Source: Bdellovibrionales bacterium
GTDB lineage: Bacteria > Bdellovibrionota > Bdellovibrionia > Bdellovibrionales > JAGQZY01
Direction: 5' to 3'
Length of the DNA stretch: 64,000 bases
Assembly: GCA_964230645.1 (NCBI GenBank)
Contig: CAXRHT010000001.1
Location: 800,001 to 864,000 of the forward strand
Part shown: positions 9,109 to 20,300 of the stretch, piece by piece
How positions within the stretch are numbered: the stretch's first letter is position 1
How the letters are laid out: each line of letters opens with the position of its first letter
Program-made: the position numbers and the translations under genes
Notes under the pieces: model-generated
Seen by the model: the letters and a program-made list of their open reading frames with translations, nothing else
What the model was told of the DNA's origin: nothing
Databases searched by the model: none

Positions 9109-10836
9109 TTGAAAGCGTTCTTACTTTCTGCTGTTTTATTCGTTGTTTACCTATCAACTACGGCTTGCTCGCCGTCTCAACAAACTTTCCAAGCACCACA
9201 CAACCAAGAAGAAGCCAGTAAAAATTTCATCGTCAAAGGGGATGCGGCTGATGTGGAAGCCGTGAAAGCAGCTAGTACCCATTTTCGAGTATTAAGTCAA
9301 AAACATGGCCTTTACGAAGTATCAGGACTTGATTACGAAACTATTAAAAACATCGCTCCTGCAGTGAACGCCACTCAAAATGAGTATTTTAATTCACTCA
9401 TTGGACCCAAAAAAGAAGAGGATGCTCTTAAAGTTCTCAAGGCGCAAGGGGCCCCTCTTCCACCGGGGCTTCAGCAAGTGCCACCAGTTCTTCGTGGCTG
9501 CATGATGCAAGATCCTCGTAAACCCACACCACAACTTGAGCTTCTTACTGAAGGCCTTTTTGCCAATGGATCACCCACCATGGATCTTGGCGGAAGCATT
9601 GCTCTTTCTGCCGCTGGAAGTCTTCCTTTTAATCGCGAAAGTGGAGAGCTTGAGCTTCGTTGGGACATTGTGACTCCAGCCAGTTCCCTTTTTAATGAGA
9701 CTTTTCAAGTGGGCGAAGAAGTGGAACTCACACCCGACTCTCTAGGTCTTTACGAAATCTATATGGTGGCTAAAGAGGGATCGGCTTGTGCTGCCACGGT
9801 GGTAAGATTTCTTGTCACTGACAATCCAGAAGTGGAGCTGGCTCGCGAAACCGATCCACGTCCCGAACTTGATCTTGAGCCTTTTATGCACCTAGAGCGT
9901 GTCAAAGCCAGCGAGTCATGGACGAAAGCAACAGGGATGGGAAAAGTCATCGCGGTTCTTGATACTGGTCTTAACTACAATCACCCGGCTATAAAATTCA
10001 ACTTAGCCATTAACTCTGATGAGCTCGAAGCTGACCGTGTCGGTGATGACGATGAAAACGGTTTTGATGATGATCTTGTGGGCTGGGATTTTGTGAATGG
10101 CGACAACAAACCTTTCGATGACGAAGGGCACGGCTCTCACGTGGCTGGCCTTGCTGCTTCTCATATTATTGGACTAGCAAAAGATGCCAAAATTCTTCCA
10201 ATTAAAGTTCTCAATGGTGCTGGTGGCGGTGATACGGGTAGTATCATTGCTGGAATCTACTACGCTGTTGATAATGGAGCTGATGTCATTAACGCTTCCC
10301 TTCAAAGACTCAACACCCAAATTCCTGAATTGAGAGAAGCGATCCGCTACGCTCACGATAACAATGTTGTTTTTGTAAGTTCTGCTGGAAACGACAATCT
10401 CGACCTTAGCCTTCCAGAAAATAGTATTTTTCCAGGCGAGCTCGATATTCCAAACGTAATCAACGTCGCAGCTGTTGGTGCCACAAGTGGCCTCGCTAGC
10501 TATTCAAACTACGGAGTTATGGAAACTGATGTTGCAGCCCCTGGTGGTGACCGCGGGCGTCCCATCTACTCTCTAGCTCCCTTTAATCCAAGAGGCCAAG
10601 AGTTCGTTGGAAGTGGTGGAACCTCTATGGCAGCCCCTATTGTAGCTGGAATTGTGGCTCAAGTGCTTGAAGTGAATCCAAATTTAACTCCTGTGGAAAT
10701 TAAAGTTCTTCTTATGGAAAGCGGTGAAGAAAAGCCCGCTCTTCAAGACTTCGTAGGCTCCGGAAAACTACTCAACGCTCTCGACGCGGTCGAAAGAGCG
10801 GAGTCGTTCAGCCTGCAACTTGTCAACAATATGTAA
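9109..10836 (+). CDS. Subtilisin-like (S8) serine protease, probable lipoprotein
   Basis: Catalytic VLDTG, HGSHVAG, SAGN, GTSMAAP; lipobox-like TTAC; start TTG 9109 after a G7 RBS (the ORF track starts at 9034). Confidence 0.92.
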   Translation: MKAFLLSAVLFVVYLSTTACSPSQQTFQAPHNQEEASKNFIVKGDAADVEAVKAASTHFRVLSQKHGLYEVSGLDYETIKNIAPAVNATQNEYFNSLIGPKKEEDALKVLKAQGAPLPPGLQQVPPVLRGCMMQDPRKPTPQLELLTEGLFANGSPTMDLGGSIALSAAGSLPFNRESGELELRWDIVTPASSLFNETFQVGEEVELTPDSLGLYEIYMVAKEGSACAATVVRFLVTDNPEVELARETDPRPELDLEPFMHLERVKASESWTKATGMGKVIAVLDTGLNYNHPAIKFNLAINSDELEADRVGDDDENGFDDDLVGWDFVNGDNKPFDDEGHGSHVAGLAASHIIGLAKDAKILPIKVLNGAGGGDTGSIIAGIYYAVDNGADVINASLQRLNTQIPELREAIRYAHDNNVVFVSSAGNDNLDLSLPENSIFPGELDIPNVINVAAVGATSGLASYSNYGVMETDVAAPGGDRGRPIYSLAPFNPRGQEFVGSGGTSMAAPIVAGIVAQVLEVNPNLTPVEIKVLLMESGEEKPALQDFVGSGKLLNALDAVERAESFSLQLVNNM

Positions 10837-11030
10837 TGGTTATTGGGGGGGAGATGCGAGAACCAAGGAGGGACCTCGCTCTCATTTTGAAACCTAACTA
10901 AAGAAAGCCGACATAAGACGAGTTTGCTTTTTTATCTCAATAAGGCTTATTAAAAATAAGCGACCTTCCTTCCTAGACCTTCTACCTATTAATGATTACC
11001 TCCAAATGGGAACTTTGATAGTCTTACTAT

Positions 11031-11828
11031 ATGTTTAGACAACTTAGAGTACCCACCCTTTATTTCGCCATTTTTATTAGTTTTTTAACTTTTGCTCCCA
11101 TGGATTTTGCCCATGCAAAAAAGTTTCGGAATTCCTATGTCAGCTTTGAACTTCCCAACCGCTGGGACTGTTATTTAGAAAATACGGCCTGGATTTGTCG
11201 ATATGCGATTTCCAAGGCTTGTCTCGGAGCTGGTGCGAAGAAAAAAGAATGTGCGGTACAAAGAAAGAAAACAAAAGAGGCCATTATTATTCTGGCGGCA
11301 AAAGAGGTAGGCCCCAAAGACTCCTTTAAAGAGTACTACACTCACTTAAAAACTCCCCGTCCAATTATCACTAAAGGCGGAAAGCGAAGTGCCTCAAAAA
11401 TTATTCACGTTAAGCCTATCAGTATTGAAAAACATCGTTGGATTGATGGAATGCATTTGGGAAGTGAGATTCCCCACTACTACACAAGGTACCTGGCCAC
11501 ACTCAAGGGTAATATCGCGGTCCTTGTCACCTTCAGTGCCCATAAACTTTTTTACTCAAAATACAGCTCCGAGTTTTTTAGAGCCATCAAGTCTTTAAGA
11601 GTACTTGCTACAAAAGCGAAAACAGTCGACCGAAGGGAACTCACCAAAGGAACTGGCATCCTAGGGGACAACAATATTGGAAGCTACTTAAATGATGCCA
11701 TCGATAATGCCAACGAGGGCTTTGATGGTGACGCCACCTCCGGTATGGGTCTTGACGTTTATTTAATGATTGGAGCTCTTTTATTAGCACTTGCTGGAAT
11801 TGTCGTGTGGCTTAAAGGACGTCGTTAA
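11031..11828 (+). CDS. Secreted, C-terminally membrane-anchored protein (tandem paralog 1)
   Basis: Signal peptide; FRNSYVSFELPNRWDC; PHYYTRYL..KGNIAVLVTF; C-terminal TM plus KGRR. Confidence 0.8.
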   Translation: MFRQLRVPTLYFAIFISFLTFAPMDFAHAKKFRNSYVSFELPNRWDCYLENTAWICRYAISKACLGAGAKKKECAVQRKKTKEAIIILAAKEVGPKDSFKEYYTHLKTPRPIITKGGKRSASKIIHVKPISIEKHRWIDGMHLGSEIPHYYTRYLATLKGNIAVLVTFSAHKLFYSKYSSEFFRAIKSLRVLATKAKTVDRRELTKGTGILGDNNIGSYLNDAIDNANEGFDGDATSGMGLDVYLMIGALLLALAGIVVWLKGRR

Positions 11829-11831
11829 TAA

Positions 11832-12587
11832 ATGACTAAAAAAGCTCCTCTTATCTTTGCTCTTTTCTTTTGTCTTTATGCTGAAAGCAGCTACGGGCGA
11901 ATGTTTAAGAACTCCTACATTCAGTTTCACCTCCCCGATCGGTGGGACTGTGAAATGCAGGGTAAGGGTTATCTTTGTCGACACAAGATTTCAGCCTCCT
12001 GCCAAGGCAATCCTGAGAGTAAAGTCTGTAAAGAGGAAGTAAAGAAATCAAGGGAAGCCGTCATCGTCTTTACAGCCAAGGAAAAAAGTGAGGTGGATAG
12101 TTTTGAAAATTATTTGAACCACTTCAAAACACCTAAAAAAGTCCAGATAAAACCGGGATCGAGCACCCAGTCTAAACTTATTCACGGCAAAATTGTTGGA
12201 ATCCGAAACTACAAATGGGTCGATACCATGCATCTCAGTAGTGAGCTTCCACACTACTACACTCGTTACTTATCAACCATCAAAGGCAACATCGCCGTCC
12301 TTGTCACTTTCACATCTCATAAGCTTTTTTACACTCAGTACTCCAACACTTTTTTTAAATCGATTAAAAGCCTGAGTGTGACAGCTTCGAATTTAAATAG
12401 CGTGGATAAAAATGAAGTGGGTAACAAAATACTTTCACAACCCATCGACATACCCGATGAATTTTTTACACAGACCGGCCCACAAGAATCCGGAGGCGAT
12501 GGTCTCTCCCCTATCTTATTTGCACTCGCTATGCTGCTTGCCGGTACGGGTGTTTATTTGTGGATAAAGAAACGTAAAAAGTCTTGA
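11832..12587 (+). CDS. Secreted, C-terminally membrane-anchored protein (tandem paralog 2)
   Basis: Clear similarity to 11031..11828; SGGDG plus TM plus KKRKKS tail. Confidence 0.8.
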   Translation: MTKKAPLIFALFFCLYAESSYGRMFKNSYIQFHLPDRWDCEMQGKGYLCRHKISASCQGNPESKVCKEEVKKSREAVIVFTAKEKSEVDSFENYLNHFKTPKKVQIKPGSSTQSKLIHGKIVGIRNYKWVDTMHLSSELPHYYTRYLSTIKGNIAVLVTFTSHKLFYTQYSNTFFKSIKSLSVTASNLNSVDKNEVGNKILSQPIDIPDEFFTQTGPQESGGDGLSPILFALAMLLAGTGVYLWIKKRKKS

Positions 12588-12635
12588 ACAAAATCGATAT
12601 TCTTGGGAAGTAAGTGATGTCCCGGGGGGGAGTCC

Positions 12636-13592
12636 ATGAATCGATTAACGTTCATTTTTATATTTCTATTCACATTGCAATCTTTTGCGGCCGTCTACGG
12701 CCCTGACCAAAGAAAAGATATTTCCAAGGTACCAAAGCGCTGGAGACAAGCCGCTTCTGCCGTTGCCGTGGCCTTGCCGACCTTTTACTTTGAAGATCTC
12801 GATAAAGACCACTTCATCCATTCAGAGCATGATCAAAGACCCTATGGGGAAACTGTAGGCCTATGTAAGGGGGAAAAATTCTTTGATCAAAAAAGTTTTG
12901 GTCACTGCACAGCCTTTTTAATTCATCCAAAAATTCTAGTCTCCGCTGGGCACTGTTTTCTACCCACTGGAGAGGTGAAGGACTTTAAACATAGCTACTG
13001 TGAGAACTTTTCTTTTTGGCTTGGCTACAATGATAGTAAAAACCCACTAGACAGCCTTGGATCGAAAGTTCCTAAAAAAGATCTCGTTCATTGCAAAAAG
13101 GTGATCTACGCTACCAACAACGAGCAGACAGAGCCTGAAGATAATCCTGTCGACTTTGCTATTTATGAGCTTGAAAAACCAGTGACTCATATCAAGCCCT
13201 TAAAACTTGCTAAACAAACAGTGAGGCCTGGCACACTTGTGACCACTATAGGTCACCCCCACGGCCTTCCTGCAAAACAGTCAGGATTAGCTCCTGTGCG
13301 CGGTGTATTTGATACCACCATTTCAGCCAATATGGACACTTTGGCTGGAAACTCAGGAGGTCCAGCCTTTAACCATCGCGGGGAAGTGGTTGGAATACTT
13401 ATTAGTGGTCATCAGCACGATACCTATGAACCCAAAGGCCAAAGATGTGACCGAATCAATCGCTGCAATCAAAATGGTTCGCAGTGTAACAGAGGAAGTG
13501 AACTTGAAAATTCGAACCTCCTATTAAGAAGTGAAGTTTGGCTTCCCTATGTTGAGAAATTTTTGAGTCAATCAGGTGAGACTCTACCTTAA
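12636..13592 (+). CDS. Secreted trypsin-like (S1) serine protease
   Basis: SAGHC, DFA, GNSGGP triad motifs; signal peptide. Confidence 0.9.
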   Translation: MNRLTFIFIFLFTLQSFAAVYGPDQRKDISKVPKRWRQAASAVAVALPTFYFEDLDKDHFIHSEHDQRPYGETVGLCKGEKFFDQKSFGHCTAFLIHPKILVSAGHCFLPTGEVKDFKHSYCENFSFWLGYNDSKNPLDSLGSKVPKKDLVHCKKVIYATNNEQTEPEDNPVDFAIYELEKPVTHIKPLKLAKQTVRPGTLVTTIGHPHGLPAKQSGLAPVRGVFDTTISANMDTLAGNSGGPAFNHRGEVVGILISGHQHDTYEPKGQRCDRINRCNQNGSQCNRGSELENSNLLLRSEVWLPYVEKFLSQSGETLP

Positions 13593-13661
13593 GTACTAAC
13601 AGAAATTTTTTACCTAAAATTTATTTCAGGCACCAAAAAGTTTTAGGTATTTGATTGAAAT

Positions 13662-14183
13662 TTATTGCAAAACAAATCTTGAGAAATAAACGTCTTTAAT
13701 AAAACTTCGATTGAGCTGCTTGTTTAACGCCACTGTGATCTCATCTTTTAAGAAAAGTTTCCCTTGAATGGTCTGAAGCTCTGGGAAACGTTTTCCATTG
13801 AGGATATGAACAATGGTATCACGAGCCTGTGCTCCCATAGAAACCACTTCCTCAAAGCCGTTCTCATCAAGCATTTCTAATGTAACCTTAACTTGTACAA
13901 TTCGGTTGTCGCTTTGGTCAGCGAGGTTCACAGTAAAAGGTTCTAGGGAGTAGATTACGGGCTTATCTTCAAAAATCTCTTCATTAAAAAGATTCTCTCT
14001 AGCCTTCATTTCACGTATTTTTTCAGGAGTGAGACCAATAGTTCCCATGTAGGCAAGATAACCTCCAAGAGCCATCCCGCCAAAGTTTAGAATTAGGAGT
14101 AACTTCGGTAAAAGTGCTTTAATTGCACCTAAAGAAAATTTCTTCTTTTGTTTTTCTGGGGCTTTCTCATCTTTTTCAGCCAC
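13662..14183 (-). CDS. fliL: Flagellar basal body-associated protein FliL
   Basis: Single TM; LEPFTVNL, RD.I..IL, L.T.QGK..LK.EI, DVYFSRFVLQ. Confidence 0.92.
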   Translation of the reverse strand: MAEKDEKAPEKQKKKFSLGAIKALLPKLLLILNFGGMALGGYLAYMGTIGLTPEKIREMKARENLFNEEIFEDKPVIYSLEPFTVNLADQSDNRIVQVKVTLEMLDENGFEEVVSMGAQARDTIVHILNGKRFPELQTIQGKLFLKDEITVALNKQLNRSFIKDVYFSRFVLQ

Positions 14184-14222
14184 ACTCGACTCCTCAATTA
14201 ATAAACCATTATCCTTAGTATT

Positions 14223-14249
14223 TTATCGGACTTAGGCACTAAGACTTAA
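14223..14249 (-). promoter_or_regulatory. Sigma-28 (FliA)-type promoter for fliL
   Basis: Minus strand TTAAGTCT-N11-TCCGATAA versus consensus TAAAGTTT-N11-GCCGATAA. Confidence 0.6.
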
Positions 14250-14344
14250 GGTAAACCCATTTCTTCGTTTTAAATCGATACACTCTAAAGCTCTAAATTT
14301 ACTATTATAGCAATTTGCTAAATAAATTGACGATTTAACACAAC

Positions 14345-17300
14345 TCACTGAAAACCTTTAATCCAGGAAACATACACATCAGAGCCTATACGTTGAAAAG
14401 TATAGACTGTGCGAGTACCACTTTCTCTTGGGCCGTTCGCCGGCGAGAAAAAGAATGTTAAGCCCGTTTGCGAGAAATCACATTGGCTCGTACCGGTTTC
14501 TGAGACAGCCAGAATATAGGTACCACCATCAAGCATATTGCTAAAAGTTGTGGTGTCACAGTCTACATTCATAGTCTGAGCATTACCATTATCCCAATCC
14601 ACTGTAGCTGTTGTATTGACCTCAGAGGATCCGCTGGAATTGACACTACGAACTTGTCCTGCGACATCGAGTTTACCCACAGGGCTTGTTGTTCCTATTC
14701 CCACTTCACCAGTTGAATTTATAGAGAATGGAATTTGAGGCGCTCCATTATCGTAATTCACAATCGAGACCGCACTATCAATTGAGCCAGCCGTGGCATC
14801 AGTCATTACGAACCTAAAATTTCCTAAAGATTCAACAACCCCTTCTGTGGCTGTTTCGGCTGCAAATTGAAGTTGGTTGCCTGATCCATTGGCTCCCACA
14901 CCACTTGGATTTGTAGTACGAAGTTGTAGGACATTGCTTCCAGCACCGGCTCTTTCGGCAATTACTGCGACCTCTCCATCGGCGTAGACATGTAATTTTT
15001 TATCCGGCGCTGAAGTTCCTATTCCTAAGCGCCCTTGATTATCAAGCCGCATTTGTTCTTCGACCGCAGAATCGTTGGTATACCAACTAAAGTAACCATC
15101 ACCACCCGAGTGGTAAAATTGAAATTCGTTATCTTCACTAGCATTAAGATAACCTAGTTTGACCGTTTCGTTACCATCAGAGCCACGACTGAAATAAGCG
15201 ATTCCCGCATCGCCTCCTGCCGAATCACCAATAGTTAGTTTACCATGAACATCTAAGGCTTCTCTCGGTGCTGTTGTACCAATTCCGACCCGTCCTGAAG
15301 AATCAATTTGTAAGCGTCCTACACCACCTGTCGCTAAGCCCACTGTATCTGCCGCTGACATATAAAGCCCGGTGTCGGTATCAGTTCTGATCGTATATAG
15401 AGGAGTAGAAGCGGAGCTACTACCGTTATATCTTAGATAGGCTCCAGTAACATTTGCTGAATAAAAATCACTTGAGGAAAAGACCCAACGCTGAGTTCCA
15501 TTTGAAGAGTATCGAATAACTCCATCAGCTGAATTGAAAAAACCCGTATCCTCATCTCCATCAAATGTAAGACCTGGAGCACCTGCAGAACCACCTACAG
15601 CCTGTAGAGCTCCTGTCATTGGCACAGATCCATCAGCAAGAAAATCGCCACCACTAGCCCAACCTGTTGATATATCCTTACAGTTAGCGCCAGTTTCATC
15701 GCACAATTGTTGAGCTCTTATATTGCCTGCGACATCAAGTATATCACCGGGGGAAGTGGTACCAATTCCAACATTTCCGGAACCATCAATGACCATTCGT
15801 TGAGTGTTATCATTCCAGAAGGCGATCTCACCGGTACCACTGGCCTCAATATACATTTGACCTGTTTGACTAGGGGCAGAGGCATTTCCATACCCCACCC
15901 AACCGGCATGAGCATTATTGCTCGCCATAAAGTCTATACTAGACCAACCAAAGTTATTGGTGGATTGAATGGTCATAAGATCTGTAGAGTTTGATGTCAC
16001 AATTTCAAAGGCAGACCCTGGAGCACTGGTTCCAATTCCAACATTACCTGAGGTGTAGGAAATATCACCGGCATTATCTGTCCAAAGACTTCCACCTGAA
16101 ATACCATCGGACAGATCAATACAGTTACTATTGTCTTCATCACAAATCTCAGCAGCGTTGATTCTACCTGTGTGAACGTCAAGTTCAACAACGGGGGCAC
16201 TTGTACCAATTCCAACTGCTCCACTGCCACCTCTTATTCTAAAGTATTCTGTGAGAGCTCCTCCCGTACCATCGGCACCACCAGAGATCGTAAAATCACC
16301 ACCTCCACTGGCCGCTAGTTCCACGTCAAAGTTTGCTCCACTTCTGTCAAATCTAAACGTAGGATTGACATCGGATATTGTTAACAGTTGATCAGGATTC
16401 GTTGTGCCTATTCCCACATTACCATTGCTTGTGACCCGCATTCGTTCAGTGTTGTTTGTTGTGAAGCGGACATCTGCTGTGTTGTTCGTTCTAAGTTCAA
16501 CATAGTCATTTGCGGAGAACAGGGTCGCACCGCCAACACCAGAAGAGTTCCCCATACGCAGATAGTTTCCAGAATTTGATCCGTAGAGGAAATCATACAA
16601 GTAGGCGTTACCTTCAAAGTTAATGTTCTGAGTCGAATCAATGTTTATGGCCGTCGTGTTATTAGTTTCAAGATTCAAATCTTGAGCATCGTTGGTTCCC
16701 ACTGTTACCGGAGCACTCAGGGAGTTCCCTCCATTGAGAATATCTCCTCCACCACCGCTGCCACCAGCCTCTACCCAACTTGAGCCGTCGTAATATTTTA
16801 ATTTATTAAAATCAGCACTATCAATAGCTAGATCACCAGCAGCCCCAGTTCCAGGGAGAGCTGCAGGCGTAATTCTCATAGCACCGTCGACGTGAAGCAG
16901 TCGCTCCGGTGCTGTAGTACCAATCCCTAAATACCCAGAGCTCGCTATACGCATTTTCTCACTGGTCGATCCTGCTGATCTTGTAACAAATCTCATGGCG
17001 GTATTGGATGCAGAGCCTTCATTGGCGACGGCAATTTGACCCATTGTATTTCCACTGTATTCAAATTGTAGGAAACGAAAAGAGGACCCTCCTCCACTGG
17101 TATTGTCTATCGTAATTCCATAACCGCCACCGCTCTGCCCTCTAAATTCAGCATTATTTGAGTTGCTGAAATTAAGTCCGTAAGTGGTACTACCTGTTCC
17201 ATTTATATATTGATTCGCTAAATTTATATCACCAGTCATTTGGCCACCGGCTAGAGGTAAAAAGTCTGTACCTCCACTAGCCTCAATCCAGGTCGAACCA

Positions 17301-20300
17301 TCATAAAATTTTAATTTATTAGAATCCGAAGTATCCACAGCTAAAACTCCGGCATCAGGAGTTCCTGGTAAAGTGGAGGGTTGAATTCGCATCGCACCAG
17401 CGACTTCTAGCCGTTGAGTTGGTGTGGTCGTTCCAATACCAATATTCCCTGTTTCATCCATGAGAAGCCTTACTTCCCCCGCCGTTCCATCAAAAAGAGT
17501 AAATTTACCGGCTCCGACCGAATTTCCAGAGCCCGAGGAGAAGAGCTCGTAGTCTCTTCCCCCTGTGTCTGTGGAGAGTAAATGCAGGCCAACACCATTA
17601 GCTCCATAACTTTCTAAAAATGCATCAGTACCATTACCTGAAAGATGAAACTCGCCAGAGGGAACTGTCGTACCTATTCCAACATTTCCATTATTCAGGA
17701 TGGTCATTGCAGTCGAGTTGTTGGTTTCAAAGTTTAAGGCAAAAGAATCATTGGTACCTATGGTGACCGCAGCAGCTTCTGTATTACCACCATCCATTAT
17801 ATAGCCGCTTGAAGACAGTAAAGAGTTGATCTCACTGGCTGAGCGCACGAAATTATCTCGAGTCATTTTTCTTAAGCCACCAGCTGAGGTGTCAAAAATC
17901 AATAATTCGTCCCCTGGCGCCACCGTGGATTCTGCTGTTTCATTAGTAATATCGACATTCACACCCGTACCATCGACGGTAATGGCATCACCACCAACAA
18001 CTTCAATATCGTCGGCATTAACGTTAATTCCATTTCCTGCTCCTACAGCAAGTGTGCGATCAGAGGTCAGATCACCTCCACCCGTCAGACCAGCCCCAGA
18101 GGCGATAGATCTTGTTGTTGATACCTTAGCAGCTTCAAGCTCGACAAGAGCGGCTTGTAAAGTTGTGGCCGTTAGAGGAGTGGTTCCGACCGGAATAGCT
18201 GTTGGATCAAAAGCACTCTCATCAATTGTTAATGTGACATTATCGGTATCTGATGAAACAGCGATCTTACCATTAGCAGAACCAATGGATTTAAACTCTA
18301 AATTGAGTCCGTTCTTCGCTTTAAAGACACCTTCACCTGTACCAACATTAGCACCATCATTGACCTCTCCACCGGCGGCTGTTCCGAAAGCTTCCCAACT
18401 TGCACCATCACAATAGGAAACACTTGAGCCACTATACTTTAGAGTACCAGCCTTTGTTCCATCACAAAGGGCAAGGTCATCACCAATCTGAACTCCTCCT
18501 GCAACCTGTAGCTGCGATGTTGGAGTGGTGGTACCGATACCGACACTACCTGAGGTTCGGCCTACAGTAAGAGCCGTTCCAAAAGTGTCTGTCGCTAAAT
18601 TTAAATCACCTGAAATCGATGTCAGGGTTGTATCGGTCAGATTTAATTTGTCAGAGGCCGAGTCACTTTTACGGAAGTTTATTCCGCCTGGCCCGCCTCC
18701 AATAATCTCTCCACTTTGTACACGAACATCCCCATCGACATCTAATTTAAAAAGTGGACTAGAACTTCCGATTCCAACATTTCCTCCAAAAGCCGCCAGG
18801 TAACTGTCACTTTTACCTAAAAGGTGATTCACGTCATTAGAGCCATTGGCCCTATAGATCATAAAATTGGCACTACCTGAAGTATTCGAGTCTCGAAATA
18901 TACCCACATTGTGTAATGAACCTCCACCGCCTGTTGGACTTATATTTATTGTTGCGGTGGTGCCAGTTGAATTAGAAATAGTTGAGACGGTACTATCATG
19001 GCTAATTCTAAATCTTCGATTAAGATCTGTATCAGTTAAAGTAAAAACCGGAAAAGCAGATGCTATATCTAGTAAGCTTGAGGGAGCTGTAGTTCCGACC
19101 CCGACATTCCCATTGTCATCTACAATAAAGCTGGTTGTTCCGTTGTCTTGGACTTGGAAATTATTAGTACCTGTCAGATTCCAAACAACATCTGTAGAAT
19201 CAACCGTGACACTTGAACCATTGTCGTAAGCGTCATCTAAACTTTGAGTTTCTGCGGTTAAATATCCAGCCGCCGAGTGGTCTCCCCAACTAAAGGCGGT
19301 ATCCCAATCGGTGGAATTGTTGGTCACAGTCGTATAGGTATTCGCACCCGTTCTAACTAAAAGACCGTTTGTTGAAAACACATTATCGAGCTCTGTGCCT
19401 GTGATATTTTGTAAAAACCCTTCATTGGAGGCGAAGGTACCGACTTCACTTTGACTCAGTACAAAATTTGACCTTGTGATTTCTTTTAAATTTCCAGCGT
19501 CTTCACTGTCTCTTATTAAAAGACTATCGGCAGCAACGGCAGAAGTTAATTTGTCAGCCGTTCCGGCGACATCAACATTAACACCTGTGCCATCAACACT
19601 GATTCCGGTTCCAGCTCTGACTTCAATGTCATCAGCATTCACTGTAATACCGTTGCCAGCTCCTATGTCAAAAGTACGATCGAAGCTTAAGTCACCACCA
19701 CCGGTTAGACCTTGTCCCGCTGTTACACTTCTTGATTCTGCTGCGACGCTGGTCCAAGAAAGGACTCCGGCGCCATTTGTTTGTAGCACTTGTCCTGCTC
19801 CTCCGTCATCATCCGGAAGAGTCCACACAAAGGAAGACACGGCATTCACAGTGTTCGGCGCTTGAAATCCAACATACTTTGTTCCCGTATCCTGGAATCT
19901 TAATTCTGTAGTCACCCCTCCATTGAGATCCATCACCAGGTTTCCTGTCATGGAGTCACCACTTTTAGCGAGCTTTTCAGTGCTTAATTCTTCAATCGCT
20001 CCCTGCACTTCTGTGGCTGTATCCACATCACCACCATAGGTGTTATCAAAAGTGATTAAGTCGGCATCATAGTCACCCGCTGTCGCAACGACATTTCCTG
20101 TCCGTCCAAAAACTTGGGTCACTCCCGCGTTAACATCTTGCCAGGAGAGCACTCCACTTCCATCGGTTTGTAAGTATTGTCCAGGGTCACCATCGTTATC
20201 CGGTAGAATTAAATTAACCGTTGTCGCAAGGGCTGCTGGTGAGTGTAATGAGACATAATCAGAACCGTTTCCAGTGGCCTCAGCTAACTGCAGTTCACTT

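Noticed and set aside
10851..10885. Hairpin with a GGA-containing loop / 15-aa ORF after the S8 gene
   Set aside because: Single weak hairpin, could simply be a terminator; not enough for a CsrA-type sRNA or peptide call.
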